Shown piece after piece: positions 46,567-56,600 of a stretch of 64,000 nt of DNA (its first letter is position 1; each line of letters begins with the position of its first letter). Source of the DNA: Candidatus Methylomirabilota bacterium (GTDB taxonomy: Bacteria > Acidobacteriota > Thermoanaerobaculia > Thermoanaerobaculales > Sulfomarinibacteraceae). Below the pieces are notes generated by a model. The model ran no database searches. It saw only the letters and a program-made list of their open reading frames with translations, and was not told where the DNA came from. Where the stretch lies: assembly GCA_035464095.1 (NCBI GenBank), contig DATHSO010000081.1, positions 604-64,603 of the forward strand. Direction: 5' to 3'. Both the position numbers and the translations under genes were made by a program.

Positions 46567-49014
46567 ATGAGAGTCGACGCCGGACCTCGCCAACCTGGTC
46601 AGCACCAGCCCGCCGCCCGGACGGCCGACTCCAGGACCGCGGAATCTCACGATGCGGTGGCCCAAGGGGGACCCCGGCACCCGTCAGCACGGAGAAGGAC
46701 GGCACCGTCGAAGCCACGCGCTCTGCTCATCTACCCCGAGCTTCCCCCGTCCTACTGGGACTTCCGCTACGCGCTCGAGCTCCTGGGGAAGAGGGCGCCG
46801 ATGCCGCCGTTGGGGCTCCTGACCGTGGCGGCGATGTTCCCCGAAACCTGGGACCTTCGCCTGGTGGACATGAACGTCGATCCGCTCGAGGACGAGGATC
46901 TGGAGTGGGCCGATCTCGTCCTCACGTCGACCATGGTGGCGCAGCAACGCTCGCTGCGCGACGTGCTCGCGCGGTGCCGCGCGATCGGCAAACCGGTTGC
47001 CGTCGGCGGCCCTCATCCAACGTCGTTCTCTGACGAAATCACCGGCGCCGATCACGTCCTGTTCGGCGAGGTCGAGGAGACCTTCCCCCGTTTCCTCTCC
47101 GATTGGCTCGAAGGCGTGGCCGTGCCCCAGTACCGGCCGGAGACGAGGCCCGAGATCACCCACACCCCGGTCCCACGCTTCGATCTCATCGATCTCGAGG
47201 CCTACGGTTCCATGGCGCTCCAGTTCTCGCGCGGCTGCCCGTTCGACTGCGAGTTCTGCGACATCACCCAGCTCTACGGCCGCGTCCCGCGTACCAAGAC
47301 CAACGCCCAGATGCTCGCCGAGCTCGATCTGCTGTACGAGCTCGGCTGGCGGGGCTCGGTGTTTCTGGTCGACGACAACTTCATCGGCAACCGGCGCGAG
47401 GCGATGCGCCTGCTGCCGGTTGTCGCCTCCTGGCAACGAGAGCGCAACTACCCCTTCGATCTTTTCACCGAGGCGAGCGTCGATCTGGCCAAGCACGAGC
47501 CGCTGATGGACGGGATGGTCGAGGCGGGGTTCACGATGGTCTTCATCGGCATCGAGAGCCCGAACCCCGAAGCGCTTCGCCGGACCCGCAAGCTCCAGAA
47601 CACCGCCCGCGGCGAGGACGACCATCTTCTTCGAGCGGTACGCCGGATCCAGGAGAGGGGGCTCGAGGTGACCGGCGGCTTCATTCTCGGACTCGACGGT
47701 GACGGGCGCGAGGTCTTCGACGCCCAGATCGACTTCGTGCAGCGGGCCGGAATCCCGATCGCGATGGTCGGGCTGCTCACCGCCGTGCGTGGCAGTCATC
47801 TCTACACCCGGCTCGAGCACGAGGGCCGCCTGCTCGCCGAGTCCACCGGCAACAACGTGGAGATCGCCCTCAACTTCGAGCCCGAGCTCGATCGGGATGT
47901 CCTGATCGACGGCTACCGCCGGGTCCTGTCGGCGCTGTACGGTCCGCGCCTCGACAGCTACTTCGCGCGCTGCCGGACGCTGCTCGCCCGCCTCGGTCCC
48001 CGACCGCGGCGGAGCCGACCGCCGACCCGCGCCGAGATCACCGGGTTTCTCCGCTCCGTCGGGCTGCAGCTCTTCTCCCGCCAGGGCCCGGCCTACGCGA
48101 GGTTCCTCGCCGGGATTGTCCTCGCCCACCCGTCGCGCTTCCCGGCTGCGGCGCGAATGACGATCAAGGGCTGGCACTTCCAACGTTTCACTCAGCAGAC
48201 GCTCGCCGCCCATGCCTTCCATGCCGAGGCCCTCGACGCGTACGCTCGGGTGGAGGCGCTTGCCGAGCGCGCCGTCGTCGGTTCGCCTCGGGAGCAGGCC
48301 GCCGTCGGGCGGCTGGCCGCCCGGGCGAGCAGGCGGCTGCGCCTCCTGCACCGACGCCTGCGACCGGAGTTCCGGAAGAGCCTGGTGCCTGACCGGGAGT
48401 GGATCGAGACGGCGCTGCGCGAGCTGCCGCGCGAGGTCGTCGGGCTCGATCTCGTGCGGCGCTGGACCCCCAGGTTCCGTGACTGGTTCTCCGGCGCTGC
48501 CTGGCGCCGAGCGCTGCAATGGTCGGGCTATGCGCCGGCCGAGCTCGAGGCGTTCGCCGACAGTGCTCCGACCGTGGCGCTCGCGCCGCTCGTCGAGCAG
48601 GGGCGGCTTCGCCGGTCCCTCGAGCACCTCTTCCGGGAGCTCGGAGTGCGGCTCGAGACCACGATCGACCAGCTGGCCCTCGTCGGCGAGGAGGGGCTCG
48701 CGAGGATCGACGCACTCGACGCGCCCGAGGCGCGCCTGCGAGAGTACCTGGTGGAGGTCGCACGGCGGGTCGACATCCTCGTGGTGCCCCTGGCCGAGGT
48801 GACCGACGGCATCGGGGGCCAGGTCCAGGTGCTGGCGAGCCGCGCTGCGGAGCTGCCGCGCCTGATCTGTGTCGGCCTGGAGGGAGGTCGCCGCGAGCTG
48901 CATCGCAGCCTGGTCGAGATCGGCATCGCGCTGACCGGCGACGTCGCCCGCGCCGAGCTCGCCAGCGAGCGCGCCTGCGTGTTCATCGTTTCGAGGCACG
49001 CAAGCTCCTTTTGA
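46567..49014 (+). CDS. B12-binding radical SAM protein (B12-binding + rSAM + DUF4070-like region) with ~270-aa uncharacterised C-terminal extension
   Basis: B12-binding-like N-terminus (LIYPELPPSYW..PPLGLLTVAA..ADLVLTST). rSAM cluster motif SRGCPFDCEFCD. Also FLVDDNF and FIGIESPN. ATG 46567 has a GGAGGA RBS. GTG 46468 lies upstream of the predicted transcription start. Confidence 0.85.
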   Translation: MRVDAGPRQPGQHQPAARTADSRTAESHDAVAQGGPRHPSARRRTAPSKPRALLIYPELPPSYWDFRYALELLGKRAPMPPLGLLTVAAMFPETWDLRLVDMNVDPLEDEDLEWADLVLTSTMVAQQRSLRDVLARCRAIGKPVAVGGPHPTSFSDEITGADHVLFGEVEETFPRFLSDWLEGVAVPQYRPETRPEITHTPVPRFDLIDLEAYGSMALQFSRGCPFDCEFCDITQLYGRVPRTKTNAQMLAELDLLYELGWRGSVFLVDDNFIGNRREAMRLLPVVASWQRERNYPFDLFTEASVDLAKHEPLMDGMVEAGFTMVFIGIESPNPEALRRTRKLQNTARGEDDHLLRAVRRIQERGLEVTGGFILGLDGDGREVFDAQIDFVQRAGIPIAMVGLLTAVRGSHLYTRLEHEGRLLAESTGNNVEIALNFEPELDRDVLIDGYRRVLSALYGPRLDSYFARCRTLLARLGPRPRRSRPPTRAEITGFLRSVGLQLFSRQGPAYARFLAGIVLAHPSRFPAAARMTIKGWHFQRFTQQTLAAHAFHAEALDAYARVEALAERAVVGSPREQAAVGRLAARASRRLRLLHRRLRPEFRKSLVPDREWIETALRELPREVVGLDLVRRWTPRFRDWFSGAAWRRALQWSGYAPAELEAFADSAPTVALAPLVEQGRLRRSLEHLFRELGVRLETTIDQLALVGEEGLARIDALDAPEARLREYLVEVARRVDILVVPLAEVTDGIGGQVQVLASRAAELPRLICVGLEGGRRELHRSLVEIGIALTGDVARAELASERACVFIVSRHASSF

Positions 49015-49080
49015 TTGAACTCCCGAGCGGTCGAGCCCTCCACGAGACGCAACCATCTGGAATCAAGGGTGGTGCGTCTG

Positions 49081-49096
49081 TGGCATGGAGGTTGCA
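49081..49096 (+). promoter_or_regulatory. Sigma-54 promoter candidate P2 (TGGCatggaggTTGCA)
   Basis: Best match of the three: TGGCAT-N5-TTGCA, with only C to T at position 6. It lies 117 nt upstream of ATG 49213 and is preceded by a bulged hairpin gacgcaacca..tggtgcgtc (49045-49077). Confidence 0.6.
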
Positions 49097-49212
49097 CTGT
49101 TAACTCCACAGGCGCAGCGACCCTGATCAGAGTGGCGCCCGATTCCATCGAGACGCGCCGCCGTCGAGCTCGGATTCGCCGTGGTCGGCGGCGCCGCAAG
49201 CGGGGAGGAACC

Positions 49213-50466
49213 ATGATCCCGTCGTGCAGACTTCTGGCAGTCACCTCCGTGGTGGTGGCCGTTGCACTGGCAGCCGGACCTGTCGCCGCCGACTGGAGCA
49301 CAGGCGTCGATCTCTACCACCAGGGCCGCTTCGCGGAGGCTGCCGAGCACTTCCAGGCGGTGGTGAAGTCGAACCCCAACTGGCCGGGAGGCTATCTCAT
49401 GCTCGGCCGCTGCCAGCTCGCCCTGGAGAATCACGACGAAGCCATCGAAAACCTCCGCACCGCCGTCGACCTGGATCCGGACGACCCCACCAACACCGCC
49501 ACCCTGGCCCGAGCGCTGATGACGGCGGACCGTCACGACGAGGCGCGCGAGCTGCTCGACGGCCTCGACGCCGACGGTCTGTCGCCGGACTGGAAGGCGG
49601 AGGTCGTGCGCATGCAGGCGGCCTGCCTGATCAAGGAGGACCGCGCAGTCGATGCGGTGGCGCTGCTCGAGGCGTGTCTCGCTGACGACCCGGACAGGGC
49701 CGCCCTGCACCGGGCGATCGCCGACGCCCACCGGGCGGTGGGCGATCGCACGGCGGCCCTCGACGACCTGGCTCGAGCCTTCTCCCTCGACCCCTCCGAC
49801 CATGCAAGCGGCCGTGCCGCCGTCCTCGCCGCTCTGTCGCTGGCGGCCGACGCCGGGGATGACGACCTCGAAGCGGGCTATTTCGGTCGCGCAGTCGAGA
49901 TCGCCGATGAGCTGGCGACCGCCTCGCCCGACTACGAGCACACCCTGCTCGCCGGCGAGGCGGCTTTCGCAGCGGGCCGCTTCGACGCCGCTGCCGGTTG
50001 GTTCGCCGCTGCGGTCAAGAGCAGGCCCCAGGAACCCATCGCCCGGTTCGAGCTCGGCCGCGCCCTGGCGGTCCTCGACCACGATGAGGAGGCCGTCGTC
50101 CACCTGCGCGCGGCGCTCGGCGCCGCGCCCGAGGCCGAGCTGACGGCGCAGGTCCACGGCCAGCTCGGTCGGCTGCTGGCCTGCAGATTGGAGCTTCCCG
50201 AGGCCGCCCGCCACTATCGGGCCGCGGGAGACCATGATCGTGCCGCTCAGATCGACACGGTCGCCGCCGGCCTCCGCGAGGCGCTCAAACGGCTCGCCAC
50301 CCTGCGAAACTCCAGCGCCGAGTTCGCCCGGATGGAGGCGGAGCTGGATGAGCTCGGTGACGCCAAGGGTGTGGCGGCGCTCGCCGAACGCAGGGAGCTG
50401 ATGAACAGAGAGATCGCCGGCATCGAGGGCAACCTGTCGGAGGTGCGTGCCGCTTTGTGCCAGTGA
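49213..50466 (+). CDS. Secreted TPR-repeat protein with C-terminal coiled coil
   Basis: ATG 49213 is preceded by GGGGAGGA. Signal peptide MIPSCRLLAVTSVVVAVALAAGPVAA. TPR units (YHQGRFAEAAEHFQAVVKSNPNWPGGYLMLGRCQLALENHDEAIENLRTAVDLDP). Coiled-coil tail. Confidence 0.75.
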   Translation: MIPSCRLLAVTSVVVAVALAAGPVAADWSTGVDLYHQGRFAEAAEHFQAVVKSNPNWPGGYLMLGRCQLALENHDEAIENLRTAVDLDPDDPTNTATLARALMTADRHDEARELLDGLDADGLSPDWKAEVVRMQAACLIKEDRAVDAVALLEACLADDPDRAALHRAIADAHRAVGDRTAALDDLARAFSLDPSDHASGRAAVLAALSLAADAGDDDLEAGYFGRAVEIADELATASPDYEHTLLAGEAAFAAGRFDAAAGWFAAAVKSRPQEPIARFELGRALAVLDHDEEAVVHLRAALGAAPEAELTAQVHGQLGRLLACRLELPEAARHYRAAGDHDRAAQIDTVAAGLREALKRLATLRNSSAEFARMEAELDELGDAKGVAALAERRELMNREIAGIEGNLSEVRAALCQ

Positions 50467-50653
50467 CCTCGACATCGGACGACGAGAACCGTGGACATCA
50501 GAAGCGATCCGGATTCGGGTGGCCGATGACCGGGTTTGCCGATCTCAGCCTCGTCGTCCAAACCCTGACCGCGACCCCGAACGGCTGGCGGCGGACGGTG
50601 GAAAAGCAGCGGGGCCTCCCGCCGTGCCCTGAGGCCTCCCGGAGCATCGGGCT

Positions 50654-53600
50654 GTGAACGTCATCGACACTCGACATGGTGCTCCGCCGATGCGCGAAGA
50701 GCCGATCCGCGCCGAGATCTTCGGTATCGAGCGCCTCGAGCAGCACGCCGAGAGCCTGGCCGCAGCCCAGCGCGCGACCGAGAAACCCTCCAAGGGACTG
50801 AGTCTCCTCGCCCGGGTCGATGACAATGCCAGGGTCCTCGTGGCTGCATACCGGGACATTGCCGAGACGGTGCGGGAGAGGAAGGAGATCACACCTGCCG
50901 CGGAGTGGCTGCTCGACAACTTCCACGTGGTCGACGAGCAGATCCGGGACATCCGGGACCACCTCCCGAAAGGCTACTACCGGCTGCTGCCCAAGATCGC
51001 CGAGGGTCACCTGGCGGGACACCCGCGCGTCTATGGGCTGGCCTGGGCGTACGTCGCGCACACCGACAGCCGGCTCCAGATGGAGACCCTGCAGCGATTC
51101 GTCCGCGCCTACCAGCGCGTCCAGCCGCTCACCATCGGCGAGGGTTGGGCGATCGCCATCCACCTCCGCGTGGCGCTGGTGGAGAACCTGCGGCGGCTGG
51201 CACAGCTCATCGTCCAGTCCCGCCAGGCGCGGGCCAGGGCCGACAACCTGGCGGATCGTCTGCTGGGTCTCAGCGGTTGTCCGGTGGAGCCGGCGGAGGA
51301 TGTGCTGCCGCGCCTGGGCGACGTGCCCCTGGCCGACGCCTTCGCCATGCAGCTCTTCCAGCGGCTTCGCGACCAGGAGCCTTCGGTCCTGCCCGTCCTG
51401 GCCTGGCTTCACGACAGGCTGACGGCCCAGGGCACGTCGGCCGACGAGGTGGTGGCGCGGGAGCAGCATGCGCAGGGGGCGGCCAACGTCACGGTCAGCA
51501 ACATCGTCACGAGCATGCGCTGGATGTCCTCCGTCGACTGGACGGGGTTCTTCGAGAACGTCAGCTTGGTGGACGACGTACTTCGTGCCGTTCCCGGGTT
51601 CGCGGAGATGGACTTCGCGACGCGGAGCCAGTGCCGGGCCCAGATCGAGCTGCTCTCCCGACGGTCGCGCCACTCGGAGCTCGAGGTGACTCGCGACGCC
51701 GTCCGCCTGGCACGCGATGCGGGTCGGGAGAGCAAGAAGGAGGACCGCCCCGGCGTGGAGCCGCCGGCTGCGGCCTCGGCCGGCTCTCCGGAGCGCGGCC
51801 CTGGGCTCCCCGGAGTCACACGAAGGCGTCCCGAGGAGTATCCGGCGTACTACCTCCAGGGCCTGGGCAGACCCGCCTTCGAGAAGCGTCTCGGCTTTCA
51901 TGCGCCTGTACGGGTCCGACTCCGCCGCGCCTATCGCGCCCATGCGACCGCCGGCTACTTCGGCGCGATCGCCGCCGTCACCGCCTTCCTGCTCAGCGGC
52001 CTTCTCATCTGCACCTGGACCGCCGGGGCGGGCGTGCCTGTCCTCGTCCTGCTGGGGCTCCTGGGTCTCACGCCCGCCTCGGAGATCGCGGTGTCCCTCG
52101 TCCATCGTCTCGTGACGCTTCTGGTCTCACCCAGGCTGCACCCCAAGCTCGAGCTCTCCCGGGGAGTTCCCGCCCAGCTGGCAACCATGATCGTCGTGCC
52201 CACGCTGCTCACCAGCCGCGCCGACATCGAGGAGCAGGTCAAGCGGCTCGAGGTGCACTACATGGCGAACTCCGAAGGGCATCTCTCCTTCGCTCTGCTT
52301 TCCGACTGGACGGATGGTCGCCACGAGCACATGCCCGGCGACGACGAGCTCCTTGCTGCCCTGGTCGACGGCATCGCGGGTCTCAACGAGAAGCACGAGG
52401 GCCCGCCTGGCGGGGGGCGCCGTTTCCTCGTGTTGCACCGCCGCCGTCTGTGGAACCAGGGGGAGGGCAAGTGGATCGGATGGGAGAGGAAGCGAGGCAA
52501 GCTCCACGAGCTGAACCGTCTTCTCCGCGGCGCCACGGACACGACCTTCATCCCGATCGAGGGACAGCAGCCGACGGTCCCGCGAGGGATCCGGTACGTC
52601 ATCACCCTGGATGCCGACACCAGGCTTCCACGAGGGGCCGCCGCCCGGCTGGTCGGGGCCATGGCCCACCCGCTCAACCGGCCGCGACTCGACCCCCGCC
52701 TGGGACGGGTGGTCGACGGTTACGCGATCCTGCAGCCCCGGATCACGCCGACCCTGCCGACAGGCCCCCGCAGCACCGCCTACCAGAGGATCGTCTCCGG
52801 CCCCGGCGGTGTCGATCCCTATGCGGCGGCGGTGTCCGATGTCTACCAGGACCTCTTCGAGGGCGGTTCCTACACGGGGAAGGGGATCTATGACGTCGAC
52901 GTCTTCGAGACGGCCCTGAAGGACAAGGTCCCGGAGAGCACGCTCCTCAGCCACGATCTCTTCGAGGGCGTGTTCGCGCGCGCGGGGCTCGTGACCGACG
53001 TCGATCTGTTCGAGGAGTTCCCCACCAGCTACCAGGTGGACGCCCGCCGCCACCATCGATGGGTGCGGGGCGACTGGCAGCTCCTGCCGTGGATCCTGGG
53101 GGTCGCGCGCGACGCCGCGGGCCACCGGCAGAAAGCCCGCATTCCCATCGAGAGCCGGTGGAAGATGGTGGACAACCTCCGCCGCAGCCTGGTTGCGCCG
53201 TCGTCGCTCGTCGCGGCGGTGGCCGCCTGGGTCCTGCCCGCTGCCCCTGCGCTCCCGTGGACCGGCCTGCTCGTCGGCGCGGTTGCGGTCCCGGCCTTGA
53301 TCCCGGTTCTCGACAACCTCCTGCCACGGCGATCGGGGATCTCCAAGCGGAGCCACCTGCGCGCCGTGGGTCGCGACATTTTCGTGGCCCTGTCGCAGAC
53401 GTTCCTCGCCATCACCATGCTCGCCGACCGGGCATGGCTCATGGCGGATGCCGTTGTGCGCACGCTCGGGCGGCTCTGCCTGACCAGGCGCAACCTCCTT
53501 CAGTGGGTGACCGCGGCGCAGACCGGCGACGGAGCCAACCCGACGCTGAGGGCCTTTTACCGGGACCTCCGCTGGGGCGTGGTCGTCGCCCTGGGAGCCG

Positions 53601-56600
53601 GCTCGCTGTGCGTGGTGCTCAGGCCGTCATCGTGGCCCGTGGCAGCGCCGCTCGTTCTCCTCTGGGTGCTGGCGCCTGCTCTCGCCTGGCGGGTCAGCGT
53701 GCCCTCGGAGGCCGCGGAGGCACAGACACTGTCTGCCCAGGACATGCGATCGCTGCGGCTCGTCGCCCGCCGGACCTGGCGCTTTTTCGAGACCTTTGTC
53801 GACCAGATCGAGCATGCCCTCCCGCCGGACAACTTCCAGGAAGACCCCGAGCCCGTCCGGGCTCACCGCACCTCGCCGACGAACATGGGTCTGTACCTGC
53901 TCAGTACGGTGGCCGCCCATGACTTCGGCTGGATCGGAGCTCTGGACACCGTCCAACGGCTCGAGGCCACGCTCGAGTCCATGGCTGGGCTGCACCGGGT
54001 CCGAGGCCACTTCTGCAACTGGTACGACACCCGCGACCTGAGGCCGTTGGAGCCCGTCTACGTCTCCACCGTGGACAGCGGCAACCTTGCCGGACACCTG
54101 ATCGCGCTGGCGCAGGCCTGCCGCGAGCTCGTGGATCGCCCGGTCCTCGGCCCGGAGGTTCTCGAGGGAGTCCGGGACGCGCTCCATCTGGTCCTGGGGT
54201 CGGCACGACAGGCCGAGCACCAGCGGGGTCCGGCACCCGCCGCCTCGGTGCAGCTTCGCGAGGCCGCGGAAGGGATGCTGGCCGTTCTGCAGGATCCGCC
54301 CACGGCTCCTGCCGATTGGGTCCGGCTCCTCGAGGAGCTCGAGGCGCGGGCGGAGCAGCTCCAGGGGCTCGCGCGCTCCCTCGCCGAAGGCATCGATGAC
54401 GGGTCTGCATCCGAGATCCAGGTTTGGGCGAGGGCCGTTCGGGAGTCGGTCCGGAGCCACGCCCGGGACCTCGATGCGTTCCTGACCTCTGCGGGTCTGG
54501 ATGCCTCCCGGAGAGCCGAGACCACCCTCGGGCATCGTCTCCTGGCGCTCGCGCTGCTCGCCGAGGGCATGGTCGAGGCCATGGACTTCCGGTTCCTCTA
54601 CGATCCCTCGCGCAAGCTGTTCTCGATCGGCTACCGCGTTGCCGACCGCACGCTCGATCCCAGCTGCTACGACCTGCTGGCCTCCGAGGCCAGGCTGGCG
54701 AGCTTCGTGGCCATCGCCAAGGGCGACGTCGGGCCCAAGCACTGGTTCCTTCTCGGCCGGGCCCTGACGCCGGTGGGCCGCGGTGCGGCCCTCGTCTCCT
54801 GGTCGGGATCCATGTTCGAGTACCTGATGCCGCTGCTGGTGATGCGGCAGCCCGCCCACAGCCTTCTCGACCTCACCTGCCGACTGGTGGTGGAGTACCA
54901 GATCCGATACGGCGCGGACCGCAAGGTCCCGTGGGGGGTCTCCGAGTCGGCCTACAACGTTCGCGACGTGCACCTCACCTACCAGTACTCGGACTTCGGC
55001 GTCCCCGGGTTGGGGCTCAAGCGAGGCCTGAGCGAGGACGTGGTCGTGGCCCCCTACGCCACCGCCCTCGCGGCCATGGTGGAGCCGAAAGCCGCGGTGG
55101 AGAACCTCGCCCGTCTCGAGGAAGCCGGAGCCCGAGGCGCCTACGGTTTCTACGAGGCCCTCGACTACACCCCTTCGAGGCTGCCGGAAGAGGCTCGGGT
55201 GGCCGTGGTTCGCGCGTACATGGCTCATCACCAGGGGATGTTCATCGTCGCCCTGGGCAACGTGGCCCACGACGGAGCGACCCGGAGGCGCTTCCACGCC
55301 CATCCCATGGTCCAGGCCACGGAGCTCCTGCTGCAGGAGCGGACGCCGCGCGCGGTGGCGGTGGCCCGGCCCCGGGCCGAGGAGGTGCGGGTGGCTGCGA
55401 TCATCCGCGACCTCCTGCCCCCGACCCTGCGCCGCTTCGAGTCGCCGCACGACGTCACCCCTCGCACCCACCTCCTGTCCAACGGCCGCTACACGGTCAT
55501 GGTCACGGCCGCGGGCGGCGGCTTCAGTCGTTGGGGCAGCCTCGCCGTCACCCGCTGGCGGGAGGACGCGATCTCGGACAGCTGGGGCTCCTTCATCTTC
55601 CTGAGGGACGCGGAGTCCGGTGAGGTCTGGTCCGCCGGTTTTCAGCCCAGCGGAACCGAAGCGGACGCCTACGACGTCGTCTACTCCGAGGACCGGGCCA
55701 AGATCATGCAGCGGCATCGGTCGTTGTCGACCACGCTCGAGATCGTGGTCTCCCCGGAGGACGACGCCGAGCTTCGCCGGCTGACGGTCACCAACCTCGA
55801 GGACAAGGACCGTGACATCGATGTCACGTCCTACGCCGAGGTCGTGCTCGCCCCGCAGGGCGCGGACGAGGCCCATACCGCGTACTCGAACCTGTTCGTG
55901 GAGACGGAGTTCGTTCCAGAGCTCGGGACCCTGCTGGCGTCTCGACGCCCGCGGTCGGCCGACGAGCCCAGGCTCTGGCTCGCCCATCTGGTCGCGATCG
56001 AGGAGGAGACACTCGACACGCTGCAGTACGAGAGCGACCGCGCGCGTTTCCTGGGCCGCGGCCGCGACATCCGGATGCCGCTGTCCGTGGCGAGCGGGGA
56101 ACCGCTCTCGGGGACGGCGGGGACGGTTCTGGACCCCATCGTGAGCTTGCGGCAGCGACTGTCGATTCCCGCTCGTGGGACCGCCCACGTCGTGTTCACG
56201 ACGATCGTGGCACACTCCCGGGACGAGGCCCTCGCGACGGCGGAGAAGTACCGCCAGCAGGCAACCTTCGAGCGGGCGAGCTCGCTCGCCTGGACCCAGG
56301 CCCAGGTCCAGCTGCACCACCTCCGGATCACCCAGGACGAGGCGCATCTCTTCCAGCGCCTGGCCAATCGCCTGCTCTTCGTCGACCGCACGTTGCGTGC
56401 GGCGCCCCAGGAGCTGGCCAGAAACCACGGCGGCCAGTCCGGGCTCTGGGCCTACGGCATCTCCGGCGATCTTCCGATCGCCCTGGTGCGCATCGAGAGC
56501 GAGGAGGAGCGGGAGGTCGCGAGGCAGCTCGTTCGGGCCCACGAGTACTGGTACCGGAAGGGCATTGCCGCCGACCTGGTGATTCTCAATGCCCAGGGCA

